DNA of 63,155 nt, counting the filler, from Octopus bimaculoides (Eukaryota): the NCBI RefSeq assembly GCF_001194135.2. It is 7 parts of 5 records of this genome, joined end to end, with 100 filler letters (N's around TTAATTAATTAA, not from the genome) between each part and the next. Parts side by side here need not be neighbours in the genome. Positions count along the whole stretch, not along the records: positions 47,822 to 58,414 come from NC_068997.1; positions 58,515 to 63,155 come from NC_068997.1; 5 more parts are not named here. The stretch is one strand, 5' to 3'. The notes under the pieces are model-generated. The model did not search any database and was not told where the DNA came from. It saw nothing but the letters and a program-made list of their open reading frames with translations. This document shows, one piece after another, positions 49,304 to 63,155 of the stretch (the first letter of the stretch is position 1; the number at the start of each line of letters is the position of its first letter). The translations under genes were made by a program, and so were the position numbers.

Positions 49304-52300
49304 TGGGGACGTTGAAGTATTTTCATCCAGACTTTGGCGTGAATTCTAGTTGAGTGACATAGTGTATATCGTTTAATATATCATTTAATAGTGATCACAA
49401 CTGTCATTTTATTTTGTTTTATAAACAAGATGATTGCTTTGTTGATCGCAGGTGTTAAATGATAAATTAAACTTCTGTAAACGACACAAGAATATCATAA
49501 TTTACCAAAGTTTCGAGCGATTTTCATTTAGTACCGATATTTCTTATTCTTTATTATCAGAAGGGAATTAAAGTATATTGGTGAGACATATTGTTTTATC
49601 ATTCATTCTCGAGAAGTATTATTATTATTACCATCATCATCAACATATTGTTGTTGTTATTGATGATGGCGTTATTGTTGTTGTTGTTGTTGTTTATATA
49701 AATCTGCTTCTGTATAACATCACACTATATATATTCTCAATATTCAACTATCATATAAATGATAGAGCTTGAATAATGAGTTTTAAATTTGAAGTGTGTG
49801 TATGCTTAAGAACATAATATTTGATTTAACGCGCAGACATAGATACAAGGGTAGCAAACACGCATATACAGACATGTACATGTGCAACTCCCCATAGACA
49901 CAAACACGAATATATAAACGTAAATGTATGTAGTAACGGATATGCATTTATATACATATATATATACACACACATACATATCTACATACATACATACATA
50001 CATACTACATGCATGCATACATACATGCATGTATACGTATATATATACATACATATATATATATACATATATATGCATATGTATATATATATACACGCAT
50101 ACATACATCCATGCAAATATATATGTTGTATATATGCGTGTGTATGTTAAACGTGTATGTGCGTATACTTGGATTTATACACCTGTATGTTTGTATGTGC
50201 TTATGTGTGCATGAGTTTGTGTGTATGTGCGTGTATATGTGCGTGTGCGCTCCTGTTTCCCATCCAGATAGCTAACTATCGTTTTATGGATATGGTGCAT
50301 AGGCAGAATAAGTCTCACACGTTCTCATCTGACAAGAAATCAATAAGGCTTATTCAAAACTAAAACGTTGTAAAATTGCAATATAATGTTCATTTTATAT
50401 CCTTTTGATTATTCACATTGGTAAAACAGCGATCAGTGTAGAAATAGCAGTTTTTATTCCCTCGTTGTAACTATTACTCTTCTATTAGGTTCTTTAACTA
50501 TCTATGCGAAAGGCCAGTATGCCAGTAAACAATTCTCTCTTTCTCTCTTTCAAACGTCAATAAAAATGACGGATAAATTTTGAAATGTCAAGCAATTGAC
50601 TCGATTTATCACATTTGAGTGAGATAAATAAAACATTGATAAATTATTTGATTGACTGACTGATTAACTGATTGATTGATCTCCCAAATAGTAGCCGGGG
50701 AGAATACATGATGTATAGAAATTAGATTGTTTGTATAGTAGTTGTTATTTTTCTTGTGCGTTACTCCACGTCATCACTGATAAGAAGGTTGATAGATATT
50801 TAAAGGAAATTTAACTGCTATTTCTAGAAAGACAAGGACTTTGCTTCGTGTTACTAATATATGGTGAATGAAGGCACGTGATTAGTGGTTAGAGACTTGG
50901 ATTTACGATCGTAGGGTCGGATTTCGATTTCGATACTGAACAGTGCTTATTGTTCTTTAGAAAAACATTCTATTCCACAATCTATCTCTCTATCTATTTT
51001 TATGAGCTACTAATAGTTTCATGCGATGAAAACGATGTAGAAATTTTTTGATAACACAGCTGGTGTGTTTGTGTGAGTATAAATATATGAAATGTTATTT
51101 ATCATTCAGCGTACATTAGAAAATACACGATAAATTTAATACCGTTCAACCTGTAGATTTTAAAGCATTCCTTGTTAATCTCGTCGCACAGCAATCTATA
51201 TTACCTTAACATGTTCTATAGCAAGTTGGCTATTCACCAGAAGACAGGAATCACAAGTCCTTTCCTTCGAGAAAGAGCTAATAGCAATTGCTATTTAAAT
51301 CAATCACAAATCACAAATTAGCTGAAATATTTAATCCTACTGTCAACGAACACATAGTATGCCAGTTAGAATGGCGATTCCAGCTCAAATTAAGATCTGT
51401 GTTGTATTTATATGGTAATTCCTATTCATTCTTAGCCACATGTATACATCTACACAAACATACGTTCAAACGTAAACACACATTGTAACGATTTCACGAA
51501 GATAGAGATTCCTCTCTAACTTAATATTTGGGATTCGAAAGTATAGTCAGAGTTATGTTTGATGTACACTGCAACCAACTAAGTAGAACTAGAGCCTAGT
51601 TAATTAGTAACGTTTCTATTATATACAAAGTTTGTAAATGTGTACAATCGTGAATCTGAATGCTGAAAGGTGGCATTTTCTAAATGGTTGCCTGTTCTGC
51701 AAGAAATAACAGAAAAATCTCCCTCAAGTGAGACGAAGCCGTCTTAAGGTTAGGAAAAGATAGACTAAAAATTGTCCTTACTGCACTTCATCTGAAAAAA
51801 AAAAAAAGAAAGAAGATGTTGAGATAGCCACAACTGAAATTGCTTTGATTTCGTCTTTTGTAAAATTATGACTAACTTGGAGAGTTATGCAATCAAAATA
51901 CCAGCAGTAACCATTTTGAAAAATGCTCGTGTAATTTCTACTTTGTGTGATATATAACGTTGTTTGATATATAACGGAACATTGATAGAACCTTCGTAGA
52001 AAAACAATTCCCATACATCATGTTATAATTTATATTCAGGGGTAAATGTAAACTTATTTTGTACGGAATTTGATTGCAAAAGTAATAGAACAATTGATGC
52101 AATTCTCTGTCACTACAGGAATATCGACAATTTAATTGAAGAATGAATTGGACGAATCTTCACAGCCTTGTACAAATATTTGGCGCTATTTAGTCTCCGC
52201 TCTTTATGCTCCGACTGAAGCTAATTTTCTCATCTTGACAGTGATTATAGCGTCCAATACTACTCAAATATTGAAGGTGGTTTAATTGACTAACCCTTCA

Positions 52301-53387
52301 AAGAATCTGTGGACGTTTCGAACAACCCCCAACAGAAAATCAGTCAGATGTGAACCAGTGTTTTCTCATGGGCAGTTGAATATATAGCTCTTTCTAAAAA
52401 GCTTTCACTTATTGACGTAAGAATGTAGATAACAGATAAGAACTCGCATAATAAAAGTGAGGACAAGTGTACTTTTCAAAGACTGCACCTTGAACACTAC
52501 CTCTATAAATATTACAGCGCCTTAGAAAATGCACAACTTCAAAAGTATTTATGCATTTTATTGTTCTCTATAAACATCTTATAGTTTTTAGAATAACCGT
52601 GCAATTTTCACGTATATATCTAGAAATATCAGTTTATTTCAGCTGGTAAAATTGATGAGGATAAGGATACAATAAATTGGAATGAAGTACTAATAATGAT
52701 GTCTACATTTTAACGACTATAAAGCACGTGTCCTTGTACAGCAGGATGATGGCACTAAACAGGTAATGTCGTCAAAACTAAAATATTTGTTTTATTGTTG
52801 AGTAAAACAAAGCCTTATTTCTTATATCCCTAACTTCCTCCCCTCTCTCTTTCTCGCTTTTCACATACAGACTCATACCACCAGTTACACAGAGTCACCA
52901 ATACACACACACACATAAACACACACACACACACATACGAAATTAGATTTCAGGAGATAGAATCGTCATGCGTCTACAAGATCGTCAAAATAAGAATCAA
53001 CAAAACTTCATATTTTTACTCCTCAGCCAATAAGCACCAATCGGAATGTTTGATTAACCTATCTGTGTACGGTTTCAGAAGCCACTTTTGGTATTCAGAG
53101 ATATTAATTCAATATTTGAAGATCATTTTCAGAGTGGTGTATTTGCAGACCATTTTTATGCTCTGGTTTTGAATTCTACCCATGTCTACACTACCCTACT
53201 TCTTCCAAAGTCCATGAAACATCTTGCAGTCAACTACAGACGACTTTATTCCTATATAAGAAATCAATATTTTTAGCTTCAATGTTATTTTCATACTCTT
53301 GATAAATTTGAAATAGCATTGTTAGTTGTGTAGACCGCTTGACTTCATTAATGAAATGAGTTTAGCTTTAATTAGTTAAATACATTT

Positions 53388-53482
<95 letters not shown>

Positions 53483-54840
53483 CTTGTTTTTTTGCTTAAA
53501 CTATTTACTTCTTATTTCATTTTATTAACAAAAATAACCGAAATGTCGGGATGTCAATCAGACGTTTGCTTTACTTTATCGTTCAGTGAACTGTAGGTTA
53601 CAAAATCAACTACAACTGTTTTCACCACATCTTTTTACTTTTAATTCAGACAGAAATAATCCCAACTTTTAGGAATATTTTTAGTCTATGAAAATTAAGC
53701 ATTGACAATATAAGGAAATTAGACGTAGTTATACAGCAAAGTTCGTGGGTTAAAACTCCGAAAAATTGTTTAGATATGTAAAATAGTTGAAAGATAACAT
53801 ATGTATATTTACTGAACGATGGCTGCTACAATCTTATTATATGCTGCTCACAACTTTAATTTTTATGATAAAGCAGCTGAAGAAGTTGATAGAGATGAAT
53901 TTTACCGATACATCTAATACCACCTAATCATTTCAATTTTTACCATATGCAGTTGACCTATTTTTTGTGATATCACAAAATCTCAATATCCTTGACCAAA
54001 TATTTCATAAATGAATTTTTTAATAAAATAACAAATGAATTTTGATAAAATAAGATAGACATATTTAATTATAAATCATCATCAAATTTATTAAAGATGT
54101 AATGAAATTAATAAGTTATTAATAGTTATCGGTGATATTTCAAAACTAAGAAAACAGGCAAAAATTGTTATTTTCAAAAAAGTATTCATTCAAGTTTATC
54201 CATTGGTCTATGGAGTGTCACATACATATCAATGTTGTTCTGGGATTACCAGCTGCATAAAAATATAAACATAGTGTCTTTCAACAAATTAATATTGTTG
54301 GGCTGAGAGAGGTTATCGGATTATTAATGCTGGGTTTGGGTTGATGAATACAATATGGGTGATGAGGCGGTAAAAAGATGAGTGATTTGTGAGTGATGGA
54401 CTGGAAGTTTGGAGATTCAACCAGATCAGAAGAGCAGAAACCACTAAAATAGCAGTAGAGACTGGAGTGTGTTTGTTGTGTAGCATCTTCATGACAATCA
54501 GTCATGTGACCTGTTTGTTTTTTTTAAGATACATCCTTGAATGCCTATATCTGTAACAACAGCATCATGGAAATGGTAGGAACAATACTCTATTGTTGGT
54601 CTCATTTCAGCATCTACTATTCCTCAAACATCCAGTTTTCGATTAACAGGCTAGCTATGCAGTTACTATTTCGATTAGCAGACAGTTTCGGCGGACAAGC
54701 AGGTCACGTGATCCCTCTCTGTTTCTATTTCTCCCTCTGCCCTCCTCTCTCACCCATCTTCTCTCTCCCCTCTCCTCTCTCACTCTCTCTCTACATATAT
54801 TTACACACCCTCACACACGCACGCACGTACGTACGCATAG

Positions 54841-54966
<126 letters not shown>

Positions 54967-55892
54967 GCAGCTCAAAACAAACGTATAAGACTATGGTGGT
55001 CATAGAAACGAAATAAATTTTGAAAACTAGAAAGAAAAATATCTATCAAATGATCATTTCTACTGGTAAAGCGAACAAGATAAAATAATCTTCAATAACT
55101 ACCATGAAGAAGTCTTAGAAGACTTGAAATAGATATGAATAGAACAACTGTATTGAAACAAAATATCTAAAAAGAGGAAACGTAAACTGGAAAATAGAGC
55201 GACAAAGAAAAAAGAACTAAAAGTTTTGGCAACAAAACAAAATCCATATTGAAACACAAGGAAGAATATTGATAAACAAAACAGAATCTAACAAGAACTG
55301 CACCAACAAAATACAAAGAAAGAGTGAGAGTATCGGAGACAGAAAAACGAAAGGTAGAAGAATGAAAGAGACGCTCAGAGAGAATGAGAATGAGAATGTA
55401 ACGAGAGAGAGAGAGAGAGAGGGAGGGGAGGAAAAGGGGGAGAAGGGAGAGAGGAGAGGAAAATGGAGAAGAGAGAGGTGGAGGAGTGAGAGAAAGACAG
55501 AGAGAGAGACACACACAAAGACGACGAAATATAGAGAGAAGAATACTAAGAGAAAAAGAGGTACCGAGAGAGATTGAGAGACAGAGTAAAACAGAAATAG
55601 AGTAAGTGAGAAAACGTATGGCAACACGATTATTTGAAGAGAAACTTTAAGTGTTTCTTAGAAAAAGTTGTTTTATGTAGTAAAATGGATGAAATATTTT
55701 TCGTTGCGAATCCATTTTTATAACTTTAACATTTTGCTAAGGATGGCAAAAGTAATGTTAGGCCGTCATTTTTGAAATTCTTAGACAATATATGGTTTTA
55801 GGGAGACGTCTGTTCAACAAGTTCTAGAATTAAAGAGAGACGAAATCCAATTGCATACTTACATTGCATTATCTGTGTTATCTTATTAACTT

Positions 55893-57429
55893 TCTAGCAG
55901 GAGTACCCGGCGTTGCCCGGGTATTAAATACTCGACAATGGTCTTAATAGGTTCTACCATTTTTTTTTCGTTGTACATCTTTTTTAATATTTTTGCGTTA
56001 AGTTGCAAACATTGACATTGAGAAAGAAGTGATTTTTCCCAAGTGGCATTTATTAGTTGAACAACCAAACGCAGGAGCTGCTCGAAGTTCGGTATAATGG
56101 TGGTGGAGGAAAATATTTACAAATCGCACAATGTCTTGCTATCACAGGTATTTTTTCCTATTAGATTGGGGTTGAAAGATTATTGTCTAATTATGGGGAG
56201 ATTTGTGTAAACGGCGCGAGCTAAGTGCCATTAGTCATCTTCGCACGCGAAGGAGTAAGTGAGAGTGGAAGGTTGGCCTAGACCTAGCACTCTGAAAAAG
56301 GGTGAAGCTGTTGGAGGGGGAGGAGTGTCCATGTTTTGCAGTTTCTGTAGAACCCGGATGCACAGGGATAAAGAAGAAATAATTTCCAGAAACGATGCAA
56401 CATAGTGGTTCTTTTGCNNNNNNNNNNNNNNNNNNNNNNNNNNNNNNNNNNNNNNNNNNNNNNNNNNNNNNNNNNNNNNNNNNNNNNNNNNNNNNNNNNN
56501 NNNNNNNNNNNNNNNNNNNNNNNNNNNNNNNNNNNNNNNNNNNNNNNNNNNNNNNNNNNNNNNNNNNNNNNNNNNNNNNNNNNNNNNNNNNNNNNNNNNN
56601 NNNNNNNNNNNNNNNNNNNNNNNNNNNNNNNNNNNNNNNNNNNNNNNNNNNNNNNNNNNNNNNNNNNNNNNNNNNNNNNNNNNNNNNNNNNNNNNNNNNN
56701 NNNNNNNNNNNNNNNNNNNNNNNNNNNNNNNNNNNNNNNNNNNNNNNNNNNNNNNNNNNNNNNNNNNNNNNNNNNNNNNNNNNNNNNNNNNNNNNNNNNN
56801 NNNNNNNNNNNNNNNNNNNNNNNNNNNNNNNNNNNNNNNNNNNNNNNNNNNNNNNNNNNNNNNNNNNNNNNNNNNNNNNNNNNNNNNNNNNNNNNNNNNN
56901 NNNNNNNNNNNNNNNNNNNNNNNNNNNNNNNNNNNNNNNNNNNNNNNNNNNNNNNNNNNNNNNNNNNNNNNNNNNNNNNNNNNNNNNNNNNNNNNNNNNN
57001 NNNNNNNNNNNNNNNNNNNNNNNNNNNNNNNNNNNNNNNNNNNNNNNNNNNNNNNNNNNNNNNNNNNNNNNNNNNNNNNNNNNNNNNNNNNNNNNNNNNN
57101 NNNNNNNNNNNNNNNNNNNNNNNNNNNNNNNNNNNNNNNNNNNNNNNNNNNNNNNNNNNNNNNNNNNNNNNNNNNNNNNNNNNNNNNNNNNNNNNNNNNN
57201 NNNNNNNNNNNNNNNNNNNNNNNNNAAAATCGGACGTTCCTGTGAAAACTTTTCTCGCGTGCAACTTTTGCCTTTTTATGCAAAAAGTGATGGGTCCCTT
57301 CAGTTTTATTTATTTTTCACCTAGAAGTGGGTATCTCAAGGCATCGGTAATGCAGCAGAGACCTGCCATTTAATAAAACAAATTTCCTCAAAATCGAATG
57401 AAAAATGTGGAAACGCATAAAAAAATCAC

Positions 57430-57476
<47 letters not shown>

Positions 57477-57495
57477 GAGTTTTATAGATATAGAT
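55893..57495 (+). mobile_element. Non-autonomous Helitron-like element (gap in the middle)
   Basis: 5' TCTAGCAGGAGTACCCGGCGTTGCCCGGGT hairpin; 3' (CA)n followed by agtttgagttttatagatatagat, the layout of Lep1/HINE-like elements. N-gap 56418-57225. Confidence 0.55.
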
Positions 57496-57774
57496 TAATT
57501 ATAGAAGAGCAGCTTACATTGACCTAAAATAAAAATTTATTGGGCGGTGAACTAGAGAAAGACAAAAAGCATACGAAGGTAATCCCCTCTGCCATCATGG
57601 AAATTGTAGACCATAAGCACTAATTTGGAAATATGGTTTGCAATTCTATTCCTATGGAAACTCACGTAAATTTTAACGATTATGAAATCAAATATGCAAT
57701 ACGCATATATTTGTATAAAGATTATGTTCTTTTTGGTGGGGGTGAGAAATATATAGTAATATACACTTGCTGTA

Positions 57775-57984
57775 AGGGCGGCGTCCTAGCCGAATCGTTA
57801 GCACGTTGGGCAAAATGCTTAGCGGCATTTCATCCGTCTTAATTCTAACCCCAATATTCTGCTCAGGTCACCTTTGCCTTTCATCCTTTCGGGATCGATA
57901 AAATAAGTACCAATTGAACACTGAAGTCGATGTAATCGACTTATTCCCTCTTCTGAAATTGCTGTGCCAAAATATGAAACCAAT
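57775..57984 (+). mobile_element. Meta-SINE-like copy
   Basis: ggcggcgtcctagccgaatcgttagc..tttgcctttcatcctttcgggatcgataaaataagtacc. Confidence 0.8.
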
Positions 57985-58074
57985 ATATATTTGTGGTAAT
58001 GCTTGAACATATGACTGAACTCTTCATTTTTCTTAATTAATTTTCTGTGCACGTTTCTAACTTCCTTGCTTATA

Positions 58075-58300
58075 TCCTGGTCGGAAGGTGTGTCGGGTGC
58101 TGAAATTCATTGGAGACAGTGCACTACCACGTAGAAGCGTGTATGAGTGGGTCGAGAAGATTAAAAGTGGGCGGACAAGCGTGATGCACGAAGAGAGAGC
58201 AGGACGTCTGTCAACCTCCACCACTGACGAGAATATTCAACAAGCTCGAGAGATGGTTATGATGGACCGGTTTACCATTACCATCTCTCAGATAATTTTT
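58075..58300 (+). mobile_element. Mariner transposase N-terminal HTH fragment
   Basis: GDSALPRRSVYEWVEKIKSGRTSVMHEERAGRLSTSTTDENIQQAREMVMMDR. Confidence 0.85.
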
Positions 58301-58379
58301 GAGTTCCCCTCGTATATAACAAGATTTTCAGGAATGTAATGTTTCCATGACGCGTAGGGTAGCCGTATATATATTGTAT

Positions 58380-58414
<35 letters not shown>

Positions 58415-58550
58415 NNNNNNNNNNNNNNNNNNNNNNNNNNNNNNNNNNNNNNNNNNNNTTAATTAATTAANNNNNNNNNNNNNNNNNNNNNNNNNNNNNN
58501 NNNNNNNNNNNNNNTATACATACATACATACACACACACACACATATATT

Positions 58551-58736
58551 TATATATTAGAAAAAATAATAATCAGGTACTCAGATGTCTGGGTGGTTGT
58601 ATATTTACAGATTTTTATTCATATGTCCAATGTTTTGTAAATTAGCGCTTACACCTAGTCTTCTAGGGTTTTCAAATTTGTAAAATACAACCATCCAGAC
58701 ATCTGAGTACCTGATTATTATTTTTTCTAATATATA
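58551..58736. mobile_element. Foldback MITE, 186 bp, with about 60-bp near-perfect TIRs
   Basis: 58551-58611 versus the reverse complement of 58677-58736: identical over the first 42 nt, then three differences. Confidence 0.85.
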
Positions 58737-58761
58737 ATTCCTGTACACCACCTCCAAACCT

Positions 58762-58797
<36 letters not shown>

Positions 58798-58834
58798 TTG
58801 TGTGTGTGTATGAGTGTTTACAAGATTATATATA

Positions 58835-58990
58835 TAATTGCTTCGACTCCGGTGCTGAACTGGTACTTATTCTATTGACCCCGAAAAGATGAAGGGCAAA
58901 GCGGAATTGAACTTAGAACGCAAAAACAGACAAAATGCCGCTTAGCATTTTGCCCGGCGCGCTAACGATTCGGCTAGATCGTTGCTTTTC
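58835..58990 (-). mobile_element. Meta-SINE-like copy
   Basis: ggtacttattctattgaccccgaaaagatgaagggcaaa..gcattttgcccggcgcgctaacg. Confidence 0.75.
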
Positions 58991-58999
58991 TTTACAGCA

Positions 59000-59420
59000 A
59001 TAATGAACACCACAGTTCAAAAACCTGCACCATACACCCGAGAGAAACTTCAGCTAAAGAATATTTTATTGAGTGCTTGGTGCGATATGGAAGGAAATTA
59101 TGAGCCTTTAGGGTAGAATAAAACAATCACTCCTGAACTATACTATTAGCAACTTCGCTGTTTGAAGATTGCTTTGGATAGCAAACATCTTGCTTTAATA
59201 AATCACAGAGGCTTTCTCTTTCATCAAGATAATGCACGACCTCTCACGGTACAAGTCTTCCAAAAATGTTCTAGAATAGCCCGAATAGAAGAAAATACTA
59301 CACCCTCCATAATCTCATGACCTTGCTCTACTAGACCTCCACTTATGTAGATCTTTGCAAAACTGTTTAGACGAGAAAAGTATGGCCAGCAGGGAAGACA
59401 TAGAAAAGGAATTAAATATA
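59000..59420 (+). mobile_element. Mariner transposase catalytic-domain relic
   Basis: Frameshifted LINHRGFLFHQDNARP (HQDNARP at 59222), ILHPP*SHDLALLDLHLCRSLQNCL, matching HQDNARP / HPPYSPDLAPSDYHLFRSLQN. Confidence 0.85.
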
Positions 59421-59756
59421 TATTTTAATTCATAATTTAATTAAATATACATTTTATTCAAAAGGAAATTTTCAAATCACGCATTCAAAAACTTACAATT
59501 AGATGGAGAGAAATTACAGAAAATGAAGGAAATTATATAGATGATTAAATTTTCAGTATTAAATATCATGTTTGTATTCTCAATAACTGCTAAAACCTGG
59601 ACAGAACTTTCTATACAACCTATATATTTATGTGTATGCGTATGTATGTAAGTATGTATGTATGTATGTATGTATGTATGTATGTATGTATGCATGTATG
59701 TATGTATGTATGTATGTATGTATGTATGTATGTATGTGTGTGTATATATAAGTATG

Positions 59757-59813
<57 letters not shown>

Positions 59814-59958
59814 NNNNNNNNNNNNNNNNNNNNNNNNNNNNNNNNNNNNNNNNNNNNNNNNNNNNNNNNNNNNNNNNNNNNNNNNNNNNNNNNNNNNNNN
59901 NNNNNNNNNNNNNNNNNNNNNNNNNNNNNNNNNNNNNNNNNNNNNNNNNNNNNNNNNN

Positions 59959-60015
<57 letters not shown>

Positions 60016-60016
60016 C

Positions 60017-60047
<31 letters not shown>

Positions 60048-60272
60048 ATATATAGATTGATAGATATATATGCATATATATATCTATATATATTCATATA
60101 TCATATTTAAATATGCTGATATATTGCATATAGATGAGTTTGAATGTATGTGCATATACATGCATACGTACATGCATACATACATACATACATATATATG
60201 TATGTAAATATGTATGCATGTATGTATGTGTATGTATGTATATCTATCTATCTATCTGTCTGTCTGTCTGCC

Positions 60273-60395
<123 letters not shown>

Positions 60396-60489
60396 TGAAT
60401 GTAATGCGTAACTCGTTCAAGTTGCCTGTGTCGGTAGAATAACTAGCTCTTCCTGTATAGTAACTCTTTCTCCATAGCAGGCAAAATAA

Positions 60490-60960
60490 TTGGTTCCAAG
60501 CAGAAGCAATGTGCCGTCATTGAGGAAGGAGGCGTGCAATGTACAAACTCTCTAACATCCAAAGAAGGTTACATGCTGTTTACGGGATGACTCCATTGAC
60601 AGGAGTAATGTACACATATAAATGAAAAAAAGTTTCAATGAAACCAGCGTTGAAAGCGAGACATTTAGTGGGATTCAATCAGCTCCGATCACTGTCACAA
60701 ATCGCCAGCGAATGGACGGAATGATTCACGTGGATCAATGAGTCAAAATGCGTGAGTTTGCTGCACAGCTAGATTGTCGTCAGAATGCATTAGAGAAGAT
60801 CGTGGGGGATATTTTGATATCAGAAAGTGTGAGTATCTTGACAGCTGACACCCGATTCATATGTGAGAAGGCGGAAGTCTGCATTTGAAGCCAGTGGAAG
60901 CACTTTTTTCTGATCTGGTGACAGGGGATTAAGCATGGGCGAATCTTTATGACCCGTAGG
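60490..60960 (+). mobile_element. Degenerate mariner transposase N-terminal half
   Basis: KQCAVIE.., IQRRLHAVYG(fs)DSIDRSNV, NRQRMDGMIHVD, VKMREFAAQL, YQKV; many lesions. Confidence 0.65.
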
Positions 60961-61299
60961 CTCAATCCATAGATTTTACGTAAAATCATCTGTGGTTCGT
61001 CAGCACAATCCATTCTAAAATCAATATAATTTGCAGAACTATACACGAATTGTCTACCGATTACAGTTCTACCGATTACATTGACCAATTGTTTTGAGGG
61101 AATATAATTCCCCAATAATACTAGGTATCGAGCCACTATTCCATTGGATGTGTTTCAGAGTAAATAAGAACTTAAAATGAACTCTATTATTATTTAACTG
61201 GAAGAAACGTACCACCGATCCAGTTTTGTGAAAGTAATATACAGTCGATGTCAAAAATGACTTTAAATCTTAACTGATGTCATTTTAGATGATATTATT

Positions 61300-62640
61300 T
61301 ATAATGTCGTAAATGCACATGGAAATGCAGCAGAAGCAAATATTCCAAAAGTAGAAGGAAATGAACAACCATATCCCATGGGGAAGCAAAGAAATAATTA
61401 AGAAAAGAGAAGAAATGAAAGAAATATATAAAGCTATAACAAAAATAAGTAAACTCATGAGAGCTAAGTAACATTGGAAAATGCAAAACAACAACTTGAT
61501 GAAATCTATAAAGAAGGACTCAAAGCTCATCTTCAGGATAAAATAAATATAATGGAAACCAACAGAAGATAACTAAAGAAGACTAAATTAAAAATGGAAA
61601 GAGCAGTTCTCATCTACTTGGACAGTCATCAAACATCAGAAACCATCATTAATGTTGTAAAAGACATCTTACTTGTAGAGACAAATAACCTTATCAAAGA
61701 AGAACTAAATTTTGTATAAAATCCTTTTCAAATAGCAAGGCACCAATACATCAGTGAAAGTATGGAAATAGGCACACTGCTGGATCCATTAGTTGAGGCG
61801 TATAATAAAACATTAAACCAAGACGAAGCCCATATTTGGATGAAGAGTGATGTAGTATCAGTCCCCCGAAATGTAAATCTTGGTTGGATATGCCAAATAA
61901 TACAGAGGAATAATTAGCAGATATTGCTGCTAAAATTTTCTAAATATTGCTATGAAGAATTCGTCCTCATAAGAACATTTACTAAAAATCAACGGAAATA
62001 GTTTTTGTTCAGAAATGTCACAGATTATCACAAATTCTTGCAATACGAAAGCTTATTGGAGGAATCAATAATCAAAAGCTAAAAGCTGTTATATCATTTG
62101 TAGATTTTAACAAAGCCTTCAACTCAATCTACTTAGTCGAATTGATGGAGATTCTAAGGGAATGCGGTGTCTCAGGCAACATTGTAGATGCAATCTGCAG
62201 TTTTTCTAAGATACAGTTGCATAGCTTTTATCACCTGATGTTGATACAGATTTTTTTGAGATCCTGTTAGGAATGTTACGAGGTGACACTTTTGTATTTT
62301 TGTTTATTCGTTGAAGCTTTGGACTACGCATTATGAAATATAACATTAAATGCAGACGTCACAGGTTTCTAAATGACTCATTGAAAAAGCAGATGTCATT
62401 CTGCAACTAGAGTTACTAATGAAGATTATGCAGTTGATGTAGCTCTTCTAATCCTTCCAAGAAAGCTCAACTACTACTTTAGCAGGTTTTGGAAGCTGCA
62501 GAACAGATCGGAATACCTTTCAATGACGATAAAAACTAATGAGTTTGTTTCCAACCAATCAATCAAAAGCGACTCATTATAGGAGGGAAATATGAGAGAT
62601 GTGAATGGTCTAAAATATCTGGTGTCATGACCAGAAAGCT

Positions 62641-62738
<98 letters not shown>

Positions 62739-62935
62739 GAGAAAAAGCTTGAATTGGTATGATCATCATTTGAATCAAGTCTATTTGATGAACACAAAAA
62801 ATACAGCTTTTAGAGATGTCATAGAAAACATATTGACCTATGGATCCGAACGCAGTAAAATTATAAGAATAACAGAAAGCAGATTAAATAGAAAATATAT
62901 GGAGGTGTTAAGGGATAAGAAAAATGTTTCTTAGG
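61300..62935 (+). mobile_element. RTE-like LINE reverse transcriptase pseudogene, interrupted by (GA)n at 62644-62740
   Basis: PNN(fs)RGI, FVDFNKAFNSI (62097-), SPDVDTDFFEILLGMLRGDT, DYAVD (62424-, decayed YADD), KYLVS, LTYGSE. Confidence 0.85.
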
Positions 62936-62979
62936 AGTAGTTTTAACCGAACACCGTATTATTTTAACTCATGTCCATT

Positions 62980-63022
62980 GTCCGGAAATCTTTCGTCACA
63001 CATCTGTGACCTCTTCATCAAC
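62980..63022 (-). ncRNA. Degenerate hammerhead-like motif, family C
   Basis: Minus strand ATGAAGA-G-GTCAC-agatgt-GTGAC-GAAA-GATTTC-CGGA. The first core base is not C. Confidence 0.35.
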
Positions 63023-63155
63023 ACATTTCGTTTCGTGTGCGTTCTTGCTCCACTTACTCCATTCTCTTCTTCTAAGATGTGTTTCCTTATGACCATCCCG
63101 AAATACAACAATATCTATTTCAACATACGATTTCACATCAGCAATCTTGCAACAT

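Noticed and set aside
54703-54712. GTCACGTGAT E-box as a promoter element
   Set aside because: A single short motif with no linked exon or start site.
58075-59420. One mariner element spanning the N-terminal and catalytic fragments
   Set aside because: An artificial spacer, a MITE and a SINE lie between them, and no shared TIRs were seen.

Overview
Animal nuclear DNA, very rich in microsatellites and repeats. The SINE families and repeat density suggest an octopus or other coleoid cephalopod (inference). One protein-coding gene is well supported: a plus-strand alpha-1,2-fucosyltransferase (GT11, FUT1/FUT2-like). The ORF-track start at 36103 lies in an intronic (TG)n tract. The sequence better supports a two-exon CDS, 31475-31523 + 36194-37173 (342 aa, type II Golgi topology), with a 4670-bp intron holding four transposon relics. 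The rest is transposon debris: mariner and maT pieces, RTE and RLE-type (R4-like, HERO-like) LINE relics, a Penelope GIY-YIG relic, Helitron-like ends, MITEs and at least four tRNA-derived SINE families. Almost all other ORF-track entries are microsatellite or N-gap artefacts. Six artificial 100-bp scaffold spacers (N44-TTAATTAATTAA-N44) break contiguity. The most unusual signals are three families of minimal hammerhead ribozymes (one inside a tRNA-headed SINE-like element), a SINE with a twin-priming-type 5' inversion, a 35-aa single-TM smORF resembling sarcolipin, a 16-bp minisatellite with 96/112-bp higher-order structure, and a possible decayed spliced gene on the minus strand. All coordinates and folds were read by eye; no database searches were run.
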